This document shows positions 13,066-24,925 of a DNA stretch of 64,000 nt, piece by piece. Below the pieces are notes generated by a model. The model was not told the DNA's origin, ran no database searches, and saw nothing but the letters and a program-made list of their open reading frames with translations. The stretch comes from Cercozoa sp. M6MM (Eukaryota; Protista; Endomyxa: Ascetosporea): the NCBI GenBank assembly GCA_040357565.1, contig JBDODJ010000029.1, one strand, 5' to 3'. How positions within the stretch are numbered: the first letter of the stretch is position 1; each line of letters starts with the position of its first letter. The translations under genes and the position numbers were made by a program.

Positions 13066-13177
13066 GACTAGATCGATGAACCACGGCCTGGCAACATAAC
13101 TTTACAAACCCAGTTCAACCCTATTTGTCCGATTTGTCGTCCATCACGGTAAATGCTAACTGAACGTACAGTCCGTC

Positions 13178-14841
13178 TCAGTCTGTCTCCGCTGCCTGAT
13201 TTGCCAGATGCGATTTTGCGTCGGCAAGCCGCCGTTCCTGCCGTTTGACCTGTTCCTCCACCTGCGTTCGGTTAGGTAGTGCCAAGCGGTCAATCAGCCC
13301 GCCCATCAGAGTGATGCAAAAAGAAACACACCTGCCGATCGAACTCTCGTCTGAGACGTTCGCCCCTGTCGTCCTTGAGTTGCATCCAGCGTTGTCTGCG
13401 TGCATGCTCATAAGGAAGCGCACAAGAATGGACACAGGGATCCCAAAAAACTGGAGATACCTTTCCACAGGCTGACGTGTGTAGCCACAGGCAGTATCGG
13501 CCAGGTCGGCCACTTGAGCAAGCTGCGACAGGTCGGCGGCACCGCATGGTAGGTAGCGCACCAGACCTGCGGTGAGAAACAGGTACAAAATCACCTAGGT
13601 GGAGGGAGACAAAGAGTCCTACCACAGTCATTGATGACGTCGCAGATGCGATCGTTGAGTCGATCGAAGCGCTCGTCGGTCTCGTCGTACTCGTGCACAT
13701 TGGTGTCACCAGCACGCAGCCAGTCGGCCAGCATGCGGGCGTCGGCCATGTCGGCAAGCTCCTCGAGAGGTACCGATGGGGCGTGTGCCCGCGACGATGA
13801 CACCAAGTCCGCCTTGGAGAAGACTGTGTCCCACAACAAGACTCTTTTGCGGTAGCTCAAACACAACGAGACAGGACCGGCTGTCAGTATACCATTGATG
13901 TGCGGCAGTTCAAGGTGCGTCATTGCGAGCAGTGACAGCAGCGATGCTGATACCTTTCGCGGAGAACCAGAAGGAGTAAATGGGGAGGTAAGGGGCAAAG
14001 GGTAAATGGGGGGGGGGTAAAGGGTAAACGGGGGTAAAGGGTAAATGGGGTAAAGGCTGCGGTAAGGTACAAAGTGCGAGGCATCTGTGCACAGCGAGGC
14101 ATCGACGCAGTTGACAGCGACGAGTTGCACACCCCACTGGTCACGCATCCTGTACGCACACACTCTTTCTTTCGTCATGCAATTTTCCAAGTTGGCGGTA
14201 CTCTGCAATGAGGTCGCGCAGCGAGTGATGGTGCGTCAGTAGCTCGGCTTGTCCAGGCAGGTCAAACTGGGACACATGTGCAGACATGCACACTGGCTAC
14301 ACTGTGTAACATACCAGGAGAAACGTGTCGTCTGAAAGCAGTCGCAATTGTTCACGTAGCCACTCGCTGTTTCGCTGCAGTAGGTCCACTGCTCACGCAC
14401 GAGGGGGGGGGGGGTAAAGGTATGGAGGGTCAGAGAAGTAGGGTAGGCTACCACAGTAGATGAGACCTCCGTTGGGTCCCAATTCAAGCGACTCCATCTG
14501 CAAAAACGACGGTTCTTTTGAACATAACAGCCCCCTAAATGTGACATCTGTTTGCCCCCTTCATCGAATCGCGACATCGACAGTACCACATCCTCAAGGG
14601 TGACGAGTTCCTCGATATCAACGTCGCTGACGTACGGTGTTGTCTCGTTCGCCGGGTCCAAATTCACGATGGCCACCTTTCTTCAGGTTGAACCCATACA
14701 CAAACCACATAACGGTACCGAGCGACGAAAGTTAACGGTCAAGTACCGGCCCATTGCGCGCAGGAACATAGCCATGCTGGCAACATAGGTCGTCTTTCCA
14801 GACCCGGGAGCGCCAACAACCAGTTGGCCATACATTGGCAT
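13178..14841 (-). CDS. GPN2: GPN-loop GTPase 2
   Basis: MPMYGQLVVGAPGSGKTTY, VAIVNLDPANE, LELGPNGGL, FDLPGQAELLTHH, LELPHIN..SKADL. Confidence 0.93.
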
Positions 14842-15048
14842 CACGCACGTGCTCACACACTCTACTAACTACCAGGCGAGGCTAGATTTGCGCAATGTAC
14901 AGCAAGAAGGCCGAGACTTGAGATCTATTGAACGTTTAAAGGGGCGATCCATCAGCAGTGCTGCATAACTGCCTTGAGGCAGCCGGATAGCATAGGTGCA
15001 CACAATAACTCAGCGCAATCAACGTTGCAAGCTTGAAGTTCAGTCGGT

Positions 15049-18000
15049 TTAATCCCAGTCCGAGTCGCTCTCGTCGTCGCTCTCGTCGTTGCCGACGACA
15101 AAGTGCCGGTACTTGCTCATCGAGTCTTGCATCATCTCGAACATGTCCTTGGGCTTCTCCTGCGGCGGCGGACGCGTCACCGACGCGCGCTGCACAAGTA
15201 TACATGCACATACATGCATACATCTATTTATATCAGCATATGGTACATATGTATATATAGAGATATGGTACAGGCGATCCCGACGCCGAGCGCAGTTGTC
15301 GGCCAGCGCGGATGGCGGCGAGCAGCGGGTTGGCGGCGCCGTCGTCATCGTCGTCGTTGACCGCAGCAGCAGGCGCCGGGGTGGCCGCAGCGGCCGGCGG
15401 CGGCATCGGCGGTCGCGCGGTCGCTGCCACCGGAGGCTGTGGCATTAATATGGAGATATGTAGATGCATACATACACAGTATACATATAGGAACAGCATT
15501 GCATGTACCGGCATGGGCGGTCCAGACGCCAGCACGGGCGCAGGCGGCGGCGCGCCCATCGCAGCAGGCACCGGGGCCGGAGGCGGCACGCCCGGACCTA
15601 TACACAGACACATGTGAGAGTGCCCCTTGGCATACTTCCAGCTCCACACATACCGACAGGCGCCGGAGGCGGCACACCCGGCACAGGCGCTGGCGGCGGT
15701 CCTGCCGCACCACTCGGCATCGGCGCCGGCGGCGGGCCTATACAGGACATACATTCAAGCAAATAATATATATTACACATAAGTATGGGATCAGGGTACC
15801 GGCAGAGGTAGGCGCCGGCGAAGGCACGCCACTCGTTGGCACAGGCGCCGGCGGAGGCGCACCACTCTTGGCCTGCACACATACACATGTTTAACAGACA
15901 TACCTATGCACAAAAAAAGAGAGGTACCGGAGTCGGCGGGCCAGGAGGACCCGGCGGCGACGGCGGTCCCGGTGGTGACGGTCGCGAGGCCTGGACGGGG
16001 GAGGGTAAAGGGGTGGGGTTAAGGCACGGGACAGCAAAGACTATACAGAGACAACGGGTGTCGGTGGCTTGCTCAACTGCGCAGGTTCCGACGTCACCGG
16101 CATCTACGCACAGCATACAAACATACATACAAACATACAAACATACAGAGTCACACATACACAATACACAGGGGGGGGGGGTTATACCGAGATCTCGGGC
16201 TCCTCGTCGGCGTCTTCCATGAGTTCGCGCATCGGATCGCTGTCCTTGCTGCCGGGCACGTCGACAGCAGCGTCCAGTTTCACCGACGACGTCGAGCCGG
16301 CCAGATCGAACTGGTCGCGTCGGCGTCGGTGCGCGCTCTTCTTGAGGATCGTCGCCTCCAGGCCCTCGTCAGGCGTCGGGTGCGCCGTCTTGGACTACAG
16401 CAGAGGAGGGGGTAAGGTAACGCACAAACAGGCAGGGTAGGGGAGGTGTAAGAGGTAGGGGAATGAACGGGAGGGACAGGGCAGGGGACGCACCTGCTCC
16501 TGCGCGTACTTGTTGATGAGACGCGCCCAGATTCGCGCCGACTCGGTTGTACCGCAGCGCGCGTCAAAGGGCGACAGGCCGCTCGACGAGTTCGGGAAGA
16601 CACGGAAGCCCGTCTTACCGTCGACGTCGATCAGCTCGGCCTTGACGCCGTTCAGCGCAAAGGCGAGCTTCAGCTGTTGTGGTCACGAGCAGAGGTAAAG
16701 GAAAGAAGAAAACACAGGGGGGGAGGGTCAATAGTGCGACAGTCTACCTTGGCCGACTTCATCTGACGCGGTCGCGTCACGACCATCATGATGTCATTGA
16801 AGAGTAGGAAGAGGTGCGACTCCTTCTTTGTGCCCATCATCTTGAGGTCCTCCTGACGCACCATGATACGGTTCGGTGTCACCAGGTCCGCCTTGTTCTA
16901 TTCACAAGGAGGAAAGGCATGCTTAGGACTGACACACAAGAGGAAGCACACAAGAGGAAGAACAGAGGGGAGCTACCTTGAAGATGGCGTGCTGGATGGC
17001 GAACACAGCCTTTCGGCCCTTCTCGAGCTTGACGGCATCGGCAATGTTGTCCATCTGCTTGTGCACGGCAAAGAGCGCGCGCTTGAGTGCCTCGCTGTGT
17101 GAACGGACATTTTCGTATGTCTACCGAGTGATACAAAAGGAAGGAAGGAAGCAGTTGTACGCCTCGCCGCTCTGCTTGGTGTCCGGGTCCCACATGTCGT
17201 AGATCTTGGACAGCAGCTGCACGTACTTGGGCAGTCGCTTCACCGGCGCCATCAGCAGCTTCTCCAGCGTCGAGCCGCACACGCTCTGTAAAAACGGGCA
17301 AAGGTGAGGGAGGGAAAGAGAGAGGCAACAAGGAAAAGGGCTACCTCCTCAAACAGCACGAAGCGACGCAGGTCCTTGTTCTTCTCCATGAGCTTGTTGA
17401 GGAAGGCGATGCTCGTGTTGTTGTTCGTGATGTACGTCGAGTACAGCTTGAAGTACGGAATGTAGTTGCACATGATGTTGCCAATCTGCTGCACCAGCAC
17501 CGGCGGGCCTGTGCATACACAGCGAGATCACGGGGTGGGGAGAAAGGTAACGAGTGGGGAATACCGCCCATGGCAGCGTTCATGAGGTCACGCAACATCA
17601 TGTCCTGGAAGTCGTAGATCTCGCGCAAGTTCGAGAACACCTGACGGATTGAGGACATCGACATGACCTCCTTCTTCTTGTTGTCCACCACGGCCAGCAG
17701 GCGCGCGCGCACATCGTACTCGAGCACACGCAGCTGGTTGCGCACCTGCGCACACAAGCATACACCGGTTGGCTATCATTGAACCTCGTGTCTGCTAGAG
17801 AAACGCAGCATACATAGTTGTGCTCCGACTTGACAAAGTTCAGTGCTGCACGCGCGCACGACACCGCTGACGGCTTCGGCTGCACATAATTTCCATACAA
17901 AAGCCCAAGAACCCGCCAACCCGATCAGAAACCAAAAAGCATAGAAACTGCTTAGATCATCGCCTGTTCTACCCCCAGGCTCTGGCAAATGCACTGTGTG

Positions 18001-18079
18001 CATGGTGCAGAACACCCGAATCGGGGTCACACAACACATGATGCTTCTATACCTTTTCTTTTAGCTTCTTATCAGTCAT
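15049..18079 (-). CDS. RhoGEF (DH-PH) - polyproline - WH2/central/acidic (WCA) protein
   Basis: DH: NFVKSEHNYVRNQLRVL, IRQVFSNLREIYDFQ, PYFKLYSTYITN, LEKLLMAPVKRLPKYVQLL. PH: RIMVRQEDL..HLFLLFNDIMMV..ARIWARLIN. Several Pro-rich exons. WH2: NPLLAAIRAGRQLRSA. C helix: DMFEMMQDSMSKYRHFV. Acidic end: NDESDDESDSDWD*. Confidence 0.9.
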
Positions 18080-18282
18080 TGCGTTCGCCACACAGATAGC
18101 GGCAGCTAGTGTAGTTTCACACAGCTGTCTAGCGGCCGGCAGAGAGAATATTTCGGCAAAATCCCCTGGTGGTGGTCGCTGAGTGCCGTTTTTTAAGTTA
18201 ATAGTTTTTGTGCAGTATCGATACTGTTCCAGTGTTCATAGGGATATTAGAGCGCTTTCGAGGGGTGCCTGCACTAGTTCAA

Positions 18283-19989
18283 ATGATCAAGCGCCTCAAG
18301 AAGCTGCGTCTGTCGAAACCGATCGACAACCAGCAGCAGGTGGGTCAGGCTGTGACACCATGTTCTGGATGTGGGCTGAAGTGTCTCTGTATGATCTGCT
18401 TAGCTGGCGGTCGAGAAGATGCAGCGCGACTTTTATCGCCTGCAGAAAGAACTGCAGGTACCATGCCAAAAACACAAACTTAGCAAGTTTGCATCTCTGT
18501 GTATACCTTGTGTCGGCGGACAGCTGCAAAGCATGGAGCAGGCGCGTCTGGAGCAACTCAGCGAAGCCGAGCGCGCCGCACTCTTTCGAAATACTGATCT
18601 GAGCGAAAAGGAGCGCGATCGATACCGCACTGCGCTCGAAAAACAACGGTACTTGTCTTCTGTCGAAAGTTTACGTGTACTGTACTTTCCTTAGCGAGGC
18701 GGAAGAAAAACGCGCACGCGGACTCGTCGATGTTCACATTCTCGCCGAGACCAGTAGGCTTCTTTTCTTTCTGCATCTCCCCTTTACACCCTCTACCCTC
18801 TTTACATTCCTTACACCCTTCCCCCCTCCAGTGGTACCGTCAATCGAGACGGCGGTGCCGACGCGCAGTCGGACCGAACTGGTGACGGTGCAGCTGCTGG
18901 CGGGTAGCACTCTACACGAGGTTAAGGATGAACTGCTGCGCTTGTGTCCGCCCATGTCGGGGACGCCGTTTCACTTTGTGGTAACGTTGCACCTAGAGAC
19001 ATACATGTGCCGCCTCCTGGGCATGTCTACGTGTAAGTGTAGGACACCGCTGCCGCCCCTGTGGACGACTCCCTGCTACAGGAGAGCGAGCGTGCTCAAG
19101 GTTTCCCGTTGCAGCAGGCTATTCACCCGTTGCAACTGCTGCGGCATAGGGTACATCAGGCCTCTGGGCGGGGATGTGATATAAAAATTGTCTGGCACGT
19201 CTGCAGGTAAAGGACCTGCCGAATCAGTCGGCTGTGATTCGCGCCGGCGCTTACGAACAGCAGGTATGGCTGTCTAGAGATATGGAGGGGGTAAGGAAGG
19301 ACTTTGTTTGTATGGGTACAGGAGGAACTGGAACGGCAACGAGAGGAACTCAAGAACGAACGTGAGGCCGCGGCACTTGTACCCGTGTTTGTCCACACGC
19401 TCACGCACACACACCCTCAGTTTTTTCTGTATCGTCCCTAATGTTCAGGAGGAACGTCGCAGACAGCATGTGCATCAGAGCGGCGGCAACACCAGCAGTG
19501 ACACGTCCAACAGCAAGCGGTTGCACAGCATGACTGATGTACTGCCTGTTCCTCATGTCCTTAGGTCGGTTTAGAGAGATCGTTTTGCTGCAGGAGGAAG
19601 TGGCTGCCGAGTTCCGCCGTCGTCTAAACGAGACATCGCCCTGGAGGTGTGTGTGTGTGTGTCTGTTGTATTTCAAGAACAGAACCGAAGCATTGCGGTG
19701 TGTACTTTGCAGGGAAGCCACGGATCAGTCGACCGGCCAAGTTTACTTCTTCCGACAGGTGCTTTTCGGATCTACAACACGAGTCATTCTACGATATTTC
19801 TGTCTGTGTGTGCAGGACACTCAACAGACTCAGTGGACTGAACCTCGTGAACACCAGCTTGCTGTACCTGACACATACATGCACACGCTACTTTATGATG
19901 ACTTTCGTGTATGTGCGCAGAAGCAACGCATCGTAGAGCAGCTGAAACGCGATCGTGCTCGTGAAATCCACGAGGTATCCTGTACTCTG

Positions 19990-20044
<55 letters not shown>

Positions 20045-20294
20045 TATGTGTGTATGTGTGTGTGTGTGTGTTCAACTTCACTTCTTGTTGGCCCAGCTGC
20101 GCGAGTCTTCAGCACCCACGGTCATTGCGTCCAATACACTCGCGCGCAACCGCGCCAAGCAGCAGAAGGCCGCGCAGCAGCGTCAGGCACCCGTAATTCG
20201 CATCTTCATTAATCTATTACATATAGGTATGTGTCTGTGTGTGCGTATGTGTGTGTGCTGTGTGCATGTGTGTGTGTGTGTGCGTGTGTGTGTG

Positions 20295-20336
<42 letters not shown>

Positions 20337-20385
20337 TGAGCAGAAGCTCAAGCTTACGCTCAACAAGCCAAAACCGACTTCGTAA
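18283..20385 (+). CDS. Coiled-coil protein with a WW domain and a possible ubiquitin-like segment
   Basis: Spliced WW motif SPWREATDQSTGQVYFFRQDTQQTQWTEP and charged helical exons. Stop TAA at 20383-20385. May have an additional upstream exon. Confidence 0.7.
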
Positions 20386-20825
20386 ACGGCATAGCGTTTC
20401 TCAATCAAGTTGTCATCTGACTATTCGTCAGCACGGACGATCAAATCTGAGCCAGTATGTACTGTTAATAGTGAAGGATTTTGTTTTGCTAGACCTGACT
20501 TCCTGGCTTGGGTCAAGCTTTCTACAGCTGATTTAAATGACTAGGGCCTCCAAGCTTTCGACCACGACCTTTTTCTACAAGGTCGTATTCGATACCCGAC
20601 CGTAGTTGCTAGTTTATACCGTAACATATGTATGCATGAGAAACTGAATCGAACGCGAACGGAACTATCAGTTCAGCAGGCGCTACACGACAGTCGAGTG
20701 GGTCAAGACTCAATGTCTCAATCTAACGTAAACAAGAGAAGGCTACGTTGCATCCGTACCGTACGTACGCCTTGCGCTGCGATGACTGGACGGAGGTGCT
20801 AGCCGGTCATGCAGCGACCGGACAT

Positions 20826-22175
20826 TCAGTCGCTGTCCGAGTCGCTGTCGCTCTCCTGGTAAGCGACGAGCGCGCCCTTTTTCTTTTTGAGCACACGACG
20901 GCGTTTCAACGGCGGCTCTTCCTTTCCATCCTCTTGCTTATCCTCGTCCTGTAGTTTGTCTTGAGCTTCACTCTTGTCGTTATCTTCTATGGTACAAGGT
21001 GGGGTAACTGGGGGTAATAACGAGTGATAGGGGGCGATAGGAGTAAGGGGGGGTAAAGATACGATCAGCCGTGTCGACAATGTCGTCGGCCGTCTTGCGG
21101 AAGAAGCGGCGTCGCGGCAGCTCCACTCCCTCGGTCTGAGTCAGATGTAGCAGTTGAACCCGCTCTTCCCATCGTCTACTCCAATACAGACCAGTTTACA
21201 TCGCCTGCAGCCACAGCATGCGCCTCTGTTCGCAGGCGACGTCTCTGCGAGGGAGTATAGCAAGAGGTAATAGGGGGTAGAGTAAAGGGGAAGAGGTGCA
21301 GCTACCTGCTCGGCCAGTCGTTGTCGCACCTGCTCCAGTTGGTCCATGTCACGCATGCGCTGCGCCAGCTTGGCCTGCGCTCACAGGAATCGCCGCCTTC
21401 GCCCCCTCCCTCCCTCCCCTTACTCTCATTTGCCCCGTATTACCTCAGCCTCTCGCGCACGCAGTTGCCTCAGAAAGGCGGCCTGCACATATACTCATGG
21501 ACAGCGGAGGGTAAAGGTAGGAAAAGCAAGCATTTACATCAGTCTCATCGAGTGCACGCAGACCGCCATCTGCACACACAAGGTAACGGGGGCGGTATGT
21601 GTTAGAAGCTAACAGTACGGTCTTTTTCGGCCTCGGCTTCCAAACGCGCTTTCTCACGTTGCTATTTAAACGAGGCAAAATAATAAAGGGTATGGGGGTG
21701 GGGGTAAAAGTAAAAATAAGGGGAAATGGGATGGAGGTAAAAGGGTGTTAGTGGGGAGTGCCTGGGGGAGGGGTAAAGAAGGTATGCCTCGGCCAGTCGT
21801 GCGGCCAACGTGCGCCGGTCGCCGTCGGGCACCATCCAGGGCGCCTTCTTGCCCTTCTGCTTTCACATAAACGCGTGTACACACGTACACAACCCTCGAA
21901 AACACTGCCATAAACCGTGTCTTCCTCGGGTCGATCGAGTTCCTCTTGGTCCCACTGTTCAAACACACACTGAAATGTCGACACTTTGGACAGCATGGCA
22001 CGCGGTACGGTCATTCCGTCGTCTTTCGACTCCACAACGGCTGCAGCCGACCCTGCCGGATAAAACACACAGACCAAAATCAAACTAGACGGACCTGTCC
22101 CTTGAACACGAAAAACCAACCGAAACGCGACTCAAGAGAGCGCTCCGTGATTCGACCGGCAACATCACGTTCCAT
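20826..22175 (-). CDS. FAM192A: FAM192A/NIP30/Fyv6-like protein (second-step splicing factor, PA28gamma interactor)
   Basis: DGDRRTLAARLAE...GLRALDETDAAFLRQL matches the FAM192A N-terminal motif (DxRSLYERL...RGLDEDExxFL). C-terminus LVAYQESDSDSDSD*. Confidence 0.75.
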
Positions 22176-22547
22176 TGTCGGCGTGGGAAGCTAATTTCAC
22201 AGTCCTGTCTACTCCACCCGTGTGTAAACACCAAAAGCACGCGCCCAATACCCGTCTGCGGCTTTAGAAGCACTGCTCGATTAACTGAATTAAAGGGCAA
22301 CTATTATTTTGTACAGTAGTACTGTACCAAAGTAATCGTCGTCCGAAAATAATTCGATTTGCCGCGCCACTACGGTGCAGTACAGTAGTCAATCGATTAC
22401 TTGAGCGTACGTAGGTAGGCTAGAAAAAATCGACTACTGTACTACTAGATTCTAATCCAGTCTGCGCTACACTATATCTACCCGTACCCGACCGTGGACC
22501 GACTGCACCGACGCTCAGTTGAATGCAACTCGACGCAATCGCGCCGA

Positions 22548-23168
22548 TTAGACCGCGGCAGGTGCCTCGGCCGGCGGGGGCTGCGACTGGTGCTCAGATG
22601 CACTGCCAGTGAACATGTTGTCTAGTGGCGACTTGCTCTTGGGAGACTGAGAGCTCGCAGGGTTGCCGTCCTGAGGGGCCTGAGCCTGGCCACCCGAGTC
22701 GGCGGCAGTGGCGTTGGCCTGGGTGGGAGCGTAGGGCGACAGGATCTGCGTAGGTTGCACGGCGCCGCCCGAGGAGGCCGTCGGTGCCGCCGGCGCTGTC
22801 GAGGACGCCGACGGCACGGCAGCCGCCTCGAAGCCGCCGACGTCGGAGTGCGCAAGTAGCTGTCCGTGTCGTGCCATGCCTTCGAAAAAGTGCAGGTCGG
22901 CGTCCAAGTTTCCGACACCTGTGAGTACTTGCTGTAGACAAAGTGCGAGTGGGATAGAAAAATGTACCCTGCGAGGCCAGCAAGGCATTCATCGACGCGT
23001 TCGGCAGGAATCCCTGACCAATCTCGGGAATGACGGGGATGGCCGAGCCCGAGCCGAGACTGCGCTCATCCTCCTGCGACATCTCGGACCGCGCGCGTTT
23101 TCTCGCACTGCTCTGGCGTGGCTGCAATTAAGGGTAAAGGGTGATGCACAGACGAGGCAAAGCAGCAA

Positions 23169-23217
<49 letters not shown>

Positions 23218-23227
23218 NNNNNNNNNN

Positions 23228-23281
<54 letters not shown>

Positions 23282-24216
23282 GCAGGAGCCTACCACGTCG
23301 GCCGTGGAGGCGAGACTGCCACTGGCGAGACCAAAGGTCGGGTCCGCGAAGAGAGCCATCGTGGCCGGATCCATGTTGGCCAGCGCACTCGCGTCCAACA
23401 TCGAGAGAGATGCCATGCTGCCGCCGCTCTACACAAGGCGAGGGACAAGGTCAGGTCAGGTGAGATAAGAGATAGGAAGAAGAACGTGAGAAGCGAAAAA
23501 CTAAGAGACAAGAACACACATTGTCAGTGCTGGCCGCCCCGAGACTCGGCATGAACTGCGCCGGCATCGGCGCAAAATTGCCTGGGATGGCTGACTGCGC
23601 GAGCGAGGCGACCGGGCCGAGCGACATCAGACCAGCCGCCGTGGCCGGTATCGACATCAAGCCGCTCTGTGCGTTCATCATGGCGATCTGCAGCGACGCC
23701 GCCGAGTTCGGCGACAACGAACCACCCGACGCCTGCGAGCTCCGTCTGCGCCGGTACTTCTTCTTGTGCACATCGGGGTCCACCTGTACATATGTCCGGA
23801 GATAAAGGAGGCAAAAAAGAAAGGCAGGGATGCATAGATGGAAGCTGCTAACAGGGCAGAGCAAAGCAGCGACGGGTACCTGCAGCGACTTGTATCGCTT
23901 GCAGTAGCCATTTTGCGAGATGACGCCTTTGACGTACTGGAATAGCGGCGACGACTCGCTCACACCCTGCCGGTGCCGATTCACCTTCAGAGAGCGCCCG
24001 TTCTTGCGCGCCTTCTCCATGCGACGGATGCGCCGGATCGTGGAATTCCACCTGTTCTTGATCGCGTTGTCGGGACGGCCAGGGATGTACTTGGCGATTT
24101 GCGTCCACTGATTGCCATAGACCTGTGCACATCATACATATACACACACCCATCACACCCACACCCACACCCACACACACCCACACACACACACCTACAC
24201 CCCCACACACACACAC

Positions 24217-24261
<45 letters not shown>

Positions 24262-24925
24262 ATACACAAGAATGATATTTCAGTCAAACTCGGAAAAGGC
24301 ACGCCACCTTATGGTACTTGATCAAGAGCGCGTCCTCCTCGTCCGACCAGTCAGCGCGCTTGATTTTTGGGTCCAGCGTGTTACGCCACCGCTCGCGACA
24401 CTGCTTGACGGTGCGGCCCGGGATGGAGCGCGCGCAGTCCTGCCACTTGGTGGCACCGTGCTTGTTGACGTGCGCCTGCAGCAGCAGTTCCTCGTTCGTG
24501 GTCCACTTGCTGCGTGTGCCGTCCGGACTGCTCGGCTCGTCCAGAAAGCTCACACCCGACAGGTGATCACCATTGCTCAGTGCGAGACTCTGCATGCCGC
24601 TCGGCATCATCATGAGGTGCTCCTCGCCGATCATCAGAGGAGCCGGTGCACCCGTCTGCAACATCACTGCGCCGCCATGCTGCAATAATTGCTGCTGCTG
24701 CTGCTGCGAAAGTTGTTGCTGTTGATGTTGCTGTTGCTGTTGCGTAAGCTGCTGTTGTTGCTGCGAAATCTGCTGCTGAACCAGTTGTTGCTGTGAAAGG
24801 TGCTGCTGTTGCTGCTGCTGCGAAAGGTGCTGCTGGCCTTGCTGCTGCTGCCGCAGCTGTCTTTGTTGTTGCTGCTGTTGCTGCTTTTGATCATAGGCTA
24901 ACTTTTGAAGGTAGGTGTTCGCCAT
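22548..24925 (-). CDS. R2R3-type Myb transcription factor with poly-Q N-terminus
   Basis: [48 protein letters not shown] and [43 protein letters not shown]. Further 5' exons may lie at 25750-26060. Confidence 0.93.
24689..24887 (-). repeat. CAG/CAA-rich poly-glutamine tract in Myb
   Basis: Interrupted Q runs ([29 protein letters not shown]...). Confidence 0.9.

Noticed and set aside
17945-17960. Apparent in-frame TAA suggesting stop-codon reassignment
   Set aside because: An earlier donor (9-nt microexon) removes it. TAA, TAG and TGA all terminate well-conserved genes here (e.g. DBR1 TAG, ATP6V1F TGA, Myb TAA), and I saw no internal stops in the POLE exons I spliced.
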